Below the pieces are notes generated by a model, which saw nothing but the letters and a program-made list of their open reading frames with translations, did not search any database and had not been told where the DNA came from. From Squalus acanthias (Eukaryota): a stretch of DNA of 60,000 bases. Every line of letters begins with the position of its first letter. The stretch's first letter is position 1. The position numbers were made by a program, and so were the translations under genes. The stretch is taken from assembly GCA_030390025.1 (NCBI GenBank), contig CM059433.1:23066001-23126000 (forward strand). The letters are read 5' to 3'. Positions 26,143 to 38,825 of this stretch are shown here, piece after piece.

Positions 26143-28370
26143 ATGGCTGACCATGGGAGAGAGTGGGCCCCCAAGTTTACGGACGCTGCACTGGGGGTCT
26201 TGGTGGAGGAGGGGGAAAAGAGGAGAGATATCCTATATCCTCAGGGGGGGCAGGAGGTTTTCCAGACACATGATGAGATGGCAGTGGGAACAGATAGCTG
26301 TGGAGGTCAATGCCAGGAGTATAGCCCCAAAGATCTGGATGCAGTGCCAGAAGAAGTTTAATGATCTCACATGAGTGGTCAAGGTCAGTGAATGCATCTT
26401 CAACTGCACCATTAGCCTCAGCCATTGCTCAATTCCCCACATCACCATCACTCACCTAAAAACAATCTCTATCAATCAGGACTCATACCTAACATTCATA
26501 TGCTTCACTTCACCCTCACACATTTAGCACTGTTGCAAGCCTCAAATCCACATCTCACAGCGTGCACACACTGGCAGCTATTCAAAAATGACAGCTACAT
26601 CACCCAAGCAGATTGCACGACACTCAATGACACTTTTCCTTCTCTCTTGCAGAAGAAGATGGCGCACAACTGGAGGCAGCAGGAACTAACCGGAGGGGGA
26701 GAGGCATGCCTGCATGTTCTAGCCCGTCTGGTGCTGGCCATTATGGTAAGGGCCATTGCTGAGGCCGTGGCCACCAGTGGGGCTGAAGTCATTGAAGATG
26801 AGGGTATCCGCATACCTAATCCTCCTTCTCTCATCCCACTTCTCCCTCCTCCCATAGTCTCTTCTGACTGAGAAGCTGCTGATGGTGTAAGCATCTTTCT
26901 TTCTCCTCTCCGCTCACCACAACCCTACCCTTGTCCCTTTTTCCTTTCAGGTACCCAAGAACTGCAACCTGCCCAGGCGGTGGTGGAAGAGCAGGAAGAT
27001 GGTGAAGATGAAGACACACTGTCACTCCATTTCACAGTCGCAGCCACCAGCTCAGATACTAACACTGCGTGTAATTTAGAGGATAGCAGAGAGACGGGAT
27101 CTGCACATGATGAGACACTGGGTACAAGTGCGCTGCAGCCAGGGCGGGGGAAAGTATAGCGCAGGTGCCAGCTCGCCGGAGAGCGAGGTCGCACACTAGT
27201 TCTGCTGAAGAGGACTCAGATGATGACTTTGATGGGGCAGGCTACAGAAGAAGGCTGCTGGGTGTACACACCAAAAAGCTTGGTGCACTGTAATTCCTGC
27301 CGGAAAGTCTGTGTACAATGTCAAGGAGCATGGAAGAGTCATAGAGTCATAACGGCACAGAAGGAGGCCATTCGGCCCATCGAGTCCGTGCCGGCTCTCT
27401 GTAGAGCAATCCAGTCAGTCCCATTCTCCCACTCTAGCCCCGTAGCCCTGCAAGTTTATTTCCCTCAAGTGCCTATCCAGTCTACCCTTGAAAACATTGA
27501 GTGTCTTCACTTCCACCACTTCCGTCGGCAGCGAATTCCAGGTCATCACCACTCGCTGTGTAAAAAAGTTATTCCTCACATCCCCCCTGTATCTCTTGCC
27601 CAAAACCTTAAATCTGTGTCCCCTAGTCCTTGTACCATCAACTAGTGGGAACAGCCTTTCCCCGTCTAGCCTATCCAAACTCGTCATAATCCTGTACACC
27701 TCTATCAAATCACCCCTCAACCTCCTTTGCGCTAATGAAAACAAATCCAGCTTCTCCAACCTGTCCTTGTAGCTACGATCCCCCATCCCCAGAACCATTC
27801 AGGTAAATCTCCTCTGCACCCTCTCAAGGGCCTTCACATCCTTCCTAAAGTGTGGTAACCAGAACTGGATGTAATACTCCAGTTGTGGCCTAACCAGCGC
27901 TTTATAAAGGTTCAGCATAACTTCTCTACTTTTGTACTCAATACCGCTATACTTGAAAGCCCAAGATCCCATATGCTTTGTTAACCACTCTCTCAATATG
28001 TCCTGCCACCTTCAGGGACCTATGCACATTAACTCCCAGGTCCCTCTGTCCCTGCACCAACTTGGCACAGAGCTTTGTGCAGAGCTTGGAGCCCATCCTT
28101 TCCAACATGGAATGGGTGGCTACCTTCATTAACACACCTGTGAGGTCAACCATGGTGCAGTGTCTGATGGCCGATGTCTCTGCTTCCATTGCAGCACAAG
28201 CAGCTTCCACCCATTGTCTGAGTGCTGCAGTGGAAGCTCAGACTGCTGTCATGCAATCTCAGCTTGCTGCAATGGAAGCTCAGACTTCTGCTATCATGGG
28301 TCTGAATACCAATGTGCAAAGAGGCTTCCAGGGCATCACAGCACTCCAACAATTTGTTTTCCAACTGATC
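26143..28370 (+). pseudogene. Harbinger Myb/SANT gene, pseudogenised
   Basis: KFTDAALGVLVEE...WEQIAVEVNARS...QCQKKFNDLT with a frameshift and a stop; exon 2 KKMAHNWRQQELTGGG; exon 3 split by a CR1. Confidence 0.8.
27340..28055 (-). mobile_element. CR1 3' fragment inserted in Myb exon 3
   Basis: ORFs 27415-27798 and 27799-27996 are the CR1 ORF2 C-terminus; (TATGACTC)n-type tail. Confidence 0.9.
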
Positions 28371-29164
28371 TGTTCACTAAAGACCCTCAGCGGATATGAC
28401 CTTCTGCTGGGAGCCCTTCTCCCCCTCCTCCTCCTCCTCCCTCTTCTAGCAGCTTGTCCTGCTCTGCGTGACCTCTGCTCAGTCTCCCAGTGGTGCTCAA
28501 TGCCAAGAGGAAGCCCTACTAGGCCACCCATGTCTGGAAGCAAATGATTTGTGCACAAGTCTTTAAGTCACCAAAAAAGTACTTCAGCACCAGCCAGACT
28601 GTGTAGATAATTGAAATTTTATCAATTATGGAAAAGCACCCAAAATGCATAGAATTGCAGCAACAGCCAGAAGAAATAATCCAGCAACTAACCTGCACGT
28701 AGTTGAGGATCCCTTTAAATAGTGCTGGTGGGGATCCTTCATGCCGTTGAACGCGTGTTCAGCTGTGGGAGGTTAAGAGAGAGCATTGGCTGGAGCGTAG
28801 AGCTCCAAAATGGCAGCGCTGGCGTCAAATCAATGTTGCACACTGATTGACGTCATGATCTGCCTGCTCTGCATACTTTCGGCGGATGTTAGGTGCACAT
28901 GCGCTAACCCCTTTACCAATATGACATCCGCCGCACTTTATGTTAGAAGTGTGCGCGTGCGCCATGGGCGCCATTTTGGAACCTTAAGGGGCCTCATAGT
29001 CCAAAAAACGGGCGCTACCGAGTCCAATTTTGCCGCCAGAGGCTTTAGTTACGAGAGTAGAGAAACTGGGGTTCACTTCACTAAACAGAGAGCGTTAAGA
29101 GGTCATTAAATAGTAATGTTCTGGGTTTTGATAAGGCAAATAGGGAACATTTATTTCCACTGAT

Positions 29165-30222
29165 TGGTCGAAGGGTGTTTTTGTTACTGGAAGGCTGTTT
29201 CCAGTGGGGTTCCGCAGGGCTCAGTATTGGGTCCTTTGCTTTTTGTGGTATATACCAATGATTTGGACTTGAATGTAGGAAGTATGATTAAGAAGTTTGC
29301 AGATGATACAAAAATTGGCCGTGTGGTTGATAATGAAGAAGAAAGCTGTAGACTGCAGGAAGATATCAATGGACTGGTCAGGTGGGCAGAACAGTGGCAA
29401 ATGGAATTCAATCTGGAGAAGTGTGAGGTAATGCATTTGGGGGGGGCTAATAAGGCAAGGGAATACACTGTAAATGGTAGGACAGTGAGAAGTGCAGAAG
29501 ATCAGAGGGCCCTTGGAGTGCATGTCCACAGATCCCTGAAGGTAGCAGGACAGGTAGATAAGGTGGTTAAGAAGGCATACGGGATACTTGCCTTTATTGG
29601 CCGAGGCATAGAATATAAGAGCAGGGAGGTTATGCTTGAACTGTATAAAACACTAGTTAGGCCGCAGCTAGAATACTGCATGCAGTTCTGGTCACCACAT
29701 TACAGGAAGGATGTGATTGCACTAGAGAAGGTGCAGAGGAGATTTACGAGGATGTTGCCTGGGCTGGCGAATTTTAGCTGTGAGGAAAGATTGGATAGGC
29801 TGGGGTTGTTTTCTTTGGAACAGTGGAGACTGAGGGGAGACCTAATTGAGGTGAATAGAATTATGAGGGACCTAGATAGAGTGGATAGGAAGGACCTATT
29901 TCCCTTAGCAGACGGGTCAATAACCAGGGGACATAGATTTAAAGCAATTGGTCGGAAGTTTAGAGGGGATTTGAGGAGAAATGTTTTCACCCAGAGGGTG
30001 GTGGGGGTCTAGAACTCACTGCCTGAAAGGGTGGTAGAGGCAGAGACCCTCATCACATTTAAAAAGTACTTGGATATGCACTCGAAGTGCCGTAACCTAC
30101 AAGGCTACAGACCAAGTGCTGGAAAGTGGGATTAGGGTGGATAGCTCTTTGTCGGTCGGCACGGACAAGATGGGCCGAATGGCCTCCTTCTGTGCTGCAA
30201 ATTTCGATGATTCTGTGATTCG
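29165..30222 (+). mobile_element. CR1 3' fragment, RT open for 282 aa
   Basis: GVPQGSVLGP, KFADDTK and LVRPQLEYC motifs; GATTCTGTGATT tail. Confidence 0.92.
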
Positions 30223-30392
30223 GTAAAGAGAAAGTGTAAATTTAATATTGTCATCAAAATGATGAGAAAAGAGGTTAGGAGAATGTGTTTTTACTCCGAG
30301 GGTTGGTAGTGTAGACAAGGGCAGACCAGGTGGGGAAGACTTCTAATAACTTTATTAAAAATGTCTCAATATTAAAGACACTTACACATATT

Positions 30393-31135
30393 GGGGCAGA
30401 AATTCGGCTGTTGTCGGGTGAGTACGCGCTGTGTACTCACCCGTGGACGGAACGAAAGTGCCAGTTTCTTGCATGCACTGCGCATGCGCGGGAAACCAGC
30501 ACTTCCGTTCCCCTGAGGAAAGGGGTTCAGAGGTCGAACGCGCACGCCGGAGGGCCAGCGTGTTCGATTCGCACTTCGGATTTTTTTACAGGTTCCTCCG
30601 TGAAGGTAAGCACGGAGAAGATACACTTTTAAAAAGGATGCGCAAGGCCTTCTTTTAACAAGGTAAGTGTTGATTTTATTAAAATTTAAACATTTTTTTC
30701 ACAGATTTATCTTTTTTAATTACTCTAAAGAAAGGTAAGTTTAGTGTTAGCCCCGTTAAAAAAATTAATTAATTTTTTCAAAAATTTAAATTTTTGTAAT
30801 TTACAGTTATTTTAAAAATGTGATGTTTTTTAAAAAATGTATTTGTAGTTTTAGGGATGTTTTGGGGCCGATATGTATTCATAGATTTGACAGGTCCTGT
30901 CAAATCTATGAATGAAAGATGGTCTGCTGCCATTGGCTCTCCATGGCCCACGTGATCCCAGGGGACGCATCGCACTAACTACGCCCCTGGGTTACACAAG
31001 CACTGCGCGCCGGCAGCTGCAGGAGGCCCAGGAGCCGAAGTCCCCGTGGGCCCAGAGGTCAACGGCAGGTGCGGTAGGTAGGTGCGCGCGCGATCCTTGC
31101 ACCCGCGGGAAGCCAGGGAGCCAAATTTCTGGCCC
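30393..31135 (+). mobile_element. MITE family A (Harbinger-type)
   Basis: TIRs GGGGCAGAAATT / AATTTCTGGCCC with a perfect TSD ATT/ATT. Confidence 0.88.
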
Positions 31136-31468
31136 ATTAAAATTAAGAATCTGCAAAATAATAAGGTCCAAAGAGGTCATGTTCAGGACAAGATTAGAAG
31201 CTGTGAACAGACATTAATGGACTAATAATCTGCAAGGACAGACATGGTGTGGTCTGGGCACTGAGCCAAGCAGTCAGGAGATGATCAGAAGACTTCTGAA
31301 TACAATAGACTAGTTGAGAAAGGATGGGATTGCAAGGTACAAACCGTGAGAAAAGCAATGATAGTGTCACACAGGTGCACTAAAGAGGATTACATAATTT
31401 ACAAGATGACTTAATGGGTTAACGTGGTAAGTATTAATGAAAAATAACAAGAATGTCTAGACATGTTG

Positions 31469-32142
31469 GCCTGGAGTGTCCGTTCGATTGCGCTGGTTTT
31501 TTCGGCGCAATTCCATCAATATCAGCGGAATTTTAAGCGCAAATTGCGAGTTTCCGCGATCGTACGCGTTAGTTTTAAAAACATCGCACTAGAAGCAGGC
31601 CCTGCCCATAAAACTGGCCACACCCCCAGGGTGAATTAAATACCATTGCGAGTTTCCGCTAATTGTGCTCGTTTGCAGGCCTTCGAGGAGGTTCTAAAAA
31701 TTAAGCTCGATCTTTTGCGTGCAAGGACACTAATAGGAACATTTTGAAAGGTTTTGAATGAATTTTCTTTAAATTTACGAAGGAACTGACTACTGTACCC
31801 CAATCTAACTAGAAAATAGTTTTGTATATTATTAAAAAAATACATTTTCAGTAATTTGAAATCAGGTTACTCACAGGTGGTGGATTAACACTATGATTTC
31901 AAATGCTTATTTTTTGTGATAAACCCATTTTCAACTGTATTAATCAAACTTTATCAAGTTACCACTCTTAAATATATCAAGAAATATCTTTAAAAGCAAA
32001 TTTCTTTTTTAAAATTATGTTTTAAAACGCTACCCGATTGCGCTGGTTCATGGCAGAGGTTGCGTTTGGCGATATGCAAATGAGTTTGAGCGGAAACTCG
32101 GCGGGGGGAAAACACTTTTCAAAATGTCGGCAATTTTGGGCG
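31469..32142. mobile_element. Probable MITE
   Basis: CpG-rich ends around an AT-rich core. Right end CAATTTTGGGCGC is TIR-like. No clean TSD. Confidence 0.45.
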
Positions 32143-32166
32143 CTAGCAGGACGTTACAAACACTAT

Positions 32167-33011
32167 GGGCTGGATTTTCTCAGCCCCGAGGAGGCGGGTA
32201 TGGAGGCGGGACTGCCGGTAAAGTTGCAGAAAGTGGGGGCGGATGGCAAACCCGCCCCCATCCCGCCTCTGTGCCCTTTTGCCAGGAGGCAGGAAGATGT
32301 GCTGCTTCGGGTCCCGTCTCCTGGAGGTGGGAAAGGGATTAATTCCTTTTAACTGCCTGTTAACAGGTAGTTAACAGGCAGAAAAAAGGATTAGTCCCAT
32401 TTTACCTTTTCAGGTGAAGGCTTCCCGGTCTCGGAGAATCCCGTCGGGTTGGAGGAGTCAAGTAGGAGGTCTGCGGGGGTCGGAGGGGCCTGAAAGTAAG
32501 ATGAAGAGGTGAGTGATGGGTGCAAGTGTAGAGTGGTAAGTATGTAAGGTGAGTATTAAGTGTTAAAAAATGTTCACTTACCTTGGTTTCTGCCTACTGC
32601 CTTCATCCGCTCTGTATCGGGAGTACCGACATCTTCCTTGTAGACTTCACAGATTGGCTGTTGGATCCTCCGAACCAACAGTCATCTGAAGTCAACAAAG
32701 TTGAAAGGTTTGATGAGTCCTGAACACAAGGGCTCATCAAACTACACAGAATGTCAGTGTTTGACAGCTTCACAGAGCTGTCAAACGCTGACATTTCTTC
32801 TTTCAAGAAGTCTTGACAGGTGGCACGTCAGACGTTGACGTGCTCTGTCAGTGACTTCCCCCTAATTGGCCTGCTGAGCCCACTGGGCGGGCTTAACAAG
32901 GTCAATCAGGGGAAAATCCCGCTGGTTGGCCAGAAGATGATGGAAGCGGGACATAGACCCGACAAGCAGCAGTCCCGCCTCCAACTCGTCTCCATTCACA
33001 AAATCCAGCCC
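32167..33011 (+). mobile_element. MITE family B (Harbinger-type)
   Basis: Perfect 12-bp TIR GGGCTGGATTTT / AAAATCCAGCCC with TSD TAT/TAT. Confidence 0.9.
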
Positions 33012-33432
33012 TATAAGTGGTACAACACACAAAAGCTTAGGGGGACGTGAACTTCTAGCTTCGACCAGCATAAGCAGATTAGCATTGCGCGCTTACAACA
33101 TTTCCTGATGGGTCCCCCTGTGCGTATCCGTCCGTACCAGCAATCTCATGGTCACTGTATGGAGTGGGTTGTGTAATACGATTAAAAAGCATTAAACCGA
33201 TGTCTCATTGTTTCCTAGTTTTCATAGAATCATAGAATGGTACATCACAGACGGAGGCCATTCGGCCCATCAAGTCTGCGCCAGCTCTTTCCAAGAGCAA
33301 TCCAGTGAGATAGCTGCGCTGCTATGTACAAAACTCTGAGCCAAAGCATGTTTAAAGGGTTGTGGATAAGGAGTATCCTGTAAAATTCAAATGTATATTT
33401 AGCCTATTTGGGGGTAAAACCATAACAGGTAG

Positions 33433-33660
33433 TCATGATGCGGAGATGACAGTGTTGGACTGGGGTGGACAAAAATGAGAAGTCGCACAACACCAGGTTA
33501 TAGTCCAACAGATTTATTTAAAATTACGAGCTTTCGGAGCTCTGCTCCTTCGTCAGGTAAAGGTACCTTTACCTGACGAAGGGGCAACAGCTCCGAAAGC
33601 TCGTAATTTTAAATAAATCTGTTGGACTATAACCTGGTGTTGTGCGACTTCTCATTTTCC
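33433..33660. mobile_element. Penelope-like terminal fragment forming a 187-bp palindrome
   Basis: Inverted repeat 33472-33658 centred on GGTACC, CCTGACGAAG...CTCCGAAAGCT motif, and flanking 10-bp direct repeat TAACAGGTAG. Confidence 0.7.
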
Positions 33661-33699
33661 TAACAGGTAGGACATGGAATGCCCACCCAGACAGAGGGA

Positions 33700-33870
33700 T
33701 AGAAACAGAATCCATAATAGTTTTTAAAAGTGAAGTAAATAAACATATGGAAAATAAAAATGTAAAAGGACATGGGGAAAGGGAACTAAATTGCTAGCTC
33801 TTTCAGAGGGCAGGGCAGGCACAATGGGCTAGTTGGTGTCCATCTGTGCTGTAAAGTTCTAAGGTTTCAT
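33700..33870 (+). mobile_element. Degenerate CR1 3' end
   Basis: FKSEVNKHM...KGHGE remnant and the TCTGTGCTGTAAA 3' motif. Confidence 0.6.
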
Positions 33871-34627
33871 AATACATTGTCAGGTATTGATTGTTCAGGG
33901 AAAGTCTCTAACTTTCATATCAATTTCAGTTTGTAACATTGACACTGCAGTAAAGGACATCTATAAATGCCCATACTCTGGGCCGATAATCCGATCCTGA
34001 TGCTAAGTGCCACCAGGACAGCTGCACACGGTGTCAGAATGGGGAGCAGAGCTCATCAGAAGTTGTGAGCCCAGCTCATGGTTTTTATTTAAACTTGCTC
34101 CCTGTACGACTGGAGGCTTGTGCAGTGAGCATGACGATGCGGCAGGTAGGGGAATCTCGGGAGAGACAGCTCTGAAAGATCTGCAGTTCCAATTTAAAAG
34201 CATAAATGGAAGTCGCTACCACTGAGGGAGAAATAATCTATTGAGGCTTTTTAAAGGCTCAAAAATGATTGCAAGAGCTGGCAGTTGCAATGGCTGTACG
34301 GAGGGGAAGGGGGCAGAACATTTGACTGGTAAGGTTGAAAGGAAGAGCCAACTTGAAGGCATGAAACGGAGTCTGTGGGCATGTGGGGAAGAAAAACTGC
34401 ATCTACCCCCTGTTTCCTGTCTACTGAAGTGGATGAGATGCGTGTAAGGAGAGTTACCCTGTTTCACACTTCAGAGCAATATACCCAAATGACAGAGAAA
34501 AATGGGATAGAAATCTATCTTGGGCGATAGCGCAATACCGTCGTAATCATATCTGCCGCCTGTTATACGAGCCACCCGATATTCTGTTCTATTGAAGTCA
34601 TTGGAACTGAATATCGAGCGGAGCACA

Positions 34628-35800
34628 TAACAACAATGACAACACCTAGCATTTATATAGCGCCTTTAACATAGTAAAACGTCCCAAGGCACTTCACAGG
34701 AGTATTATCAAACAAAATCTGACACTTAGCCACATATTAGAGATATTAGGGCCGGTAACCAAAAGCTTGGTCAAAAAGGTAGGTTTTAAGGAGCGTCTTA
34801 AAGGAGGAGGGAGAGGTAGAGAGGCGGAGAGGTTTAGGAAGGGAATTCCAGAGCTTAGGGCCCAGGCATCTGAAGGCACAACTGCCAGTGGTGGAGCCCT
34901 GAAATCCGGGGATGTGCAAGAGGCCAGATTTGGAGCAGCACAGAGATCTTGGAGGGCTGTAGGGCTGGAGGAGGTTCCAGAGATAGAGAGGGGTGAAGCC
35001 ATGGAGGGATTTGAAAACAAGGATGAGTGTTTTAAAATCGAGGTGTTGCCGGTTCGGGAGACAATGTAGGTCAGCGAGCACAGGGCTGATAAGTGAACGG
35101 GACTTGGTGCGAGTTAGGATATGGGCAGCAGTGTTTTGGATAAGCTCAAGTTTAGTGTCAGCCGTGGCTTAGTGGGCAGCACCCTCGCCTCTGAGTCAGA
35201 AGGTTGTGGGTTCAAGTCCCACTCCAGAGACTTGAGTGCAAAAATCTAGGCTGACACTCCAGTGCGGTGCTGAGGGAGTGCTGCACTGTTGGAGGTGCCG
35301 TATTTCAAACGAGACGTTAAACCGAGGCCCCGTCTGCTTTCTCAGGTGGACGTAAAAGATCCCATTGCACTATTTCGAAGAAGAGCAGGGGAGTTATCCC
35401 CGGTGTCCTAGCCAATATTTATCCCTCAATCAACATCACTAAAACAGAATTTTCTGGTCAGTATCACATTGCTGTTTGTGGGAGCTTGCTGTGCCACGTT
35501 TCCTACATTACAACAATGACTACACTTCAAAAAGTACTTTATTGGCTGTAAAGCACTTTGGGACATCAGGTGGTCGTGAAAGGCGTTATATAAATGCAAG
35601 TCTTTCTTTCTGTGGAGTGTGTAAGGTGGGAGGTCAGTGAGGAGAGCTTTGGAATAGTTGAGCCTGGAGGTTAGAAAGGCATGGATGAAGGTTTCAGCAG
35701 CAGATGAGCTGAGGCAGGGGCGGAGACGGGCGATGTTACAGAGCTGGAAATAGGCGGTCTTGGTGATAGAGAGGATATGGGATCGGAAACTCAGCTCAAA
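34628..35800 (-). mobile_element. L2 3' fragment interrupted by a SINE
   Basis: LADLHCLP...FKSLHG (34746-35081) and ITKTAYFQLCNIARLRPCLS...TSRLNY (35610-35800). Confidence 0.88.
35156..35610 (+). mobile_element. Full-length SacSINE1/DeuSINE-like tRNA-derived SINE
   Basis: A box TGGCTTAGTGG, B box GGTTCAAGTCC, Deu-type core GGAGGTGCCG..GAGACGTTAAACCGAGG, and L2-like tail AAATGCAAGTCTTTCTTTC. Confidence 0.8.
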
Positions 35801-36295
35801 CAGCCGATGCAATCCAACCCATTTTACGCTACCATCCAAAACTAATTTCTACCCCATATATTTCTGGTATGATGAGGCAGATGCCTCTTAGGATGATACA
35901 TCTGATCAACCGAGCCAGTCCCCAAAAAGAACTGAAAAACTGGCATTTAGAGGGAGGACCAGACTGCCCCCACAATATTAGATGTGGTCCAAGCAGTTAT
36001 CACGCTATATTATGACCCTGCATAGAAAGGAATAGGGGCAGGTAACAAAAGGCTCCCATTGATGATACATTGTTTGCCTCCACACTTAGATGTCTGACTG
36101 GGCTAGCATCTCACTAAGGGAAAACACCAGAGTGAGATCCATACACCTCATATGCTTTTCATTTTTAGCTAAAATAAATAACAGCACTTCTTAGATCAGG
36201 GAGTTTCCTTGAGAAGGACCACCTTAAGGTCGCATGAAATTGAAGGTTGGTCATGAATGGTCCTTAAAGTAGAATACATTAAAATAGATGGCATA

Positions 36296-36687
36296 GGCCT
36301 CAAAATTAACACCACCATGACGGGTGGAAAAAGTTCAGGGAAGGGGGGTTAAAATGTTAAAATCTGCCACGTATACAACCGCCGCCATTTTTACAGCGGC
36401 GGTTATCGGGGCGGTCGAGTTTCCTGCTGTGGTGAGGTGGGAGGCTTATTAACATATTTGAATCAGGGTCTATTAATGTAATTCGGAACCCAAATTGAAT
36501 TTAATTGCTGCAGCACGGGTTTCAATCTTGAGTGAAACGAAAGCAAGATTGGTCGCCATTTTATCGGGGTGCTTAACAGTCAGCAGGCCCGATGTCAATA
36601 AAGGTTAAGTGCTCACACGTCCTTCCTCAGTTCCTTGTGGGCTACGGTTTAGTGAGGGTACTTAGTGTAAGTGAGTGAGAGATTTAT
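36296..36687 (+). mobile_element. Probable left arm of the older Harbinger that resumes at about 46630
   Basis: TIR-like GGCCTCAAAATT and CpG-rich subterminus; abuts the CR1 tail. The link to 46630 is inferred. Confidence 0.5.
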
Positions 36688-37650
36688 GTAAGAACATAAG
36701 AAATAGGAGCAGGAGTAGGTTATTTGGCCCCTCGAGCCTACTCCACCATTCAATAAGATCATGGCTGATCTTCTACCTGAACTTCACTTTCCTGCACTAT
36801 CCCCATATCCCTTGATTCCCTTAATATTCAAAAATCTATCAATCTCTGTCTTGAATATACTCAACGACTGAGTCTCCACAGCCCTCTGGGGTAGAGAATT
36901 CCAAAGATTCACCACCTTCTGAGTGAAGAAATTTCTCCTTATCTTACTCTTATACTCAAATCCTCTTGTAATAAAGGCCAACATACCATTTGCTTTCCTA
37001 ATTGTACCTGCATGTTAACTTTCAGTGATTTGTGTACAAGGACACCCAGGTCCCTCTGAACACCAACATTTCCCAATCTCTCACCATTTAAAAAGTACTC
37101 TGCTTTTCTATTTTTCCTACCAAAGTGGATAACATCACATTTCCCCACATTATATTCCATTTGCCATGTTCTTGCCCACTCACTTAGCTTGTCTATATCC
37201 CCTTGAAGCCTCTTTGCATCCTCCTCACAACTTACATTCCCAGCTAGCTTTGTATCATCAGCAAACTTGGATATATTACATTTGGTCTCCTCATCCAAAT
37301 CATTGATATAGATTGTGAATAGCTGCGGCCCAAGCACTGATCCTTGCGGTACCCCACTAGTTACAGCCTGCCAACCCGAAAATGACCCGTTTATTCCTAC
37401 TCTCTGTTTTCTGTCCATTAACCAATCCTCAATCCATGCTAGTATATTACCCCCAATCCCATGAGCCCTAATTTTGTTAATTCCCTTTTGTGTGGCACCT
37501 TATCGAATGCCTTCTGAAATCCAAATACACCACATCCACTGGTTTCCCCTTATCTATTCTGCTAGTTACAACCTCAAAAAACTCTAACAGATTTGTCAAA
37601 CACGATTTCCCTTTCATAAATCTGTGTTGACTCTGCCCAATCCTATTAAT

Positions 37651-38414
37651 GGCCTAGAAATTCGGCTCTCCGGCTTGCCGCGGGGGTAAGGATCGCGCGC
37701 GCTCTTACCCACCGCACCTGCCATTGTGTTTCGGGCCCACAGGAACTTCGGGTCCTGGGCCTCTCCCAACTGCCGGCGCGCAGTGCTTGCGTGTTCCAGG
37801 GGCGCAGTTAGTGCGATGCGACCCCTGGGATCACGTGGGCCATGGAGAGCCAATGGCAGCAGACCATCTTTCATTCATAGATTTGACAGGAGACCTGTCA
37901 AATCTGTGAATTGAAATCGGCCCCAAAAGAACAGCTAAACCTCAAATAAATTGAAAAAAAACCCATCATATTAATAAAATAACTATAGTTAAATAAATTA
38001 ACCACTTTAAACAAAAATTTAAATTTTTGAAAAAATTAAAATACTTTTTAAAAGTTATAAAAATAAACTTACCTTTCTTTAAAGTCTCTAAAAAAGATAA
38101 ACCTGTTGAAAAAAATTTAAAATTATACTTAATTAACTACTTACCTTGTTCAAAAGGGGTCTTACGCCTCCTTTTTACTAGCGTAGAATCTTCAATACTT
38201 ACCCTCGCATTGAAACCTGAAAAAAAACCTAAGTGTGCTACGTGCGCGCAGCCTCTAGTGCACACGCGGTTCACCTAGGAACCGCCCCCTTCGCCATACC
38301 GGAAGTGCCGGTTTCCCGCGCATGCGCAGTGCATGCAGGAAACCGGCACTTCGGGAATGAATACGGGTGAGTACACAGTCCGTACTCACCCGAGAACGGC
38401 CGAATTTTTGGGCC
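37651..38414 (-). mobile_element. MITE family A inserted in CR1 ORF2
   Basis: TIRs GGCCTAGAAATTCGGC / GCCGAATTTTTGGGCC; flanks AAT/ATT within an ATT run. Confidence 0.88.
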
Positions 38415-38825
38415 ATTATTTTCTAAGTGCCCTGTTACCATGTCCTCAATAATAGATTCTAGCATTTTCCCTACTACTGATGTCAGGCTAATTGATCTGA
38501 TGTTCCCCGTTTTCGCTCTCCCTCCTTTCTTAAATAGTGGGGTTACATTTGCGATCTTCCAATCCGCGGGAACCGTTCTAGAATCTATGGAATTTTGGAA
38601 AATGACAACCAATGCATCCACTATCTCTATAGCCACCTCTTTCAAAACCCTAGGATATAGGCCATCAGGTCCAGGGGATTTATTGACTTTCAATCCCATT
38701 AATTTCTCCAGTACTATTTTTTTACTAATACTAATTTCTTTCAGTTCCTCATTTTCGCTAGACCCTTGGCTCTCCACTAATTCCGGGAAGTTTTTTGCAT
38801 CTTCTTCCATGAAGACAGACACAAA

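Larger units (their letters stand above)
25925..29037 (+). mobile_element. Internally deleted Harbinger with a degenerate Myb gene (+) and a transposase N-terminal stub (-)
   Basis: TSD AGA/AGA (25922-24, 29038-40) inside a CR1. Myb exons at about 26143-26383, 26653-26802 and from 26951. Transposase stub MGGLVGLPLG...RRSYPLRVF at 28531-28375. Confidence 0.82.
34504..35855. mobile_element. Small Harbinger-type MITE split by an L2, which is itself split by a SINE
   Basis: Ends GGGATAGAAATC / AATTTCTACCCC, the latter identical to the autonomous TIR. No clean TSD. Confidence 0.55.

Noticed and set aside
35160..35235. tRNA gene
   Set aside because: It is the tRNA-derived head of a SINE and continues into the SINE core and tail.
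37648..38417. AAT/ATT asymmetric flanks as a novel TSD mechanism
   Set aside because: Explained by one substitution in an ATT TSD within an (ATT)n run; the 30393 copy has a perfect ATT/ATT.
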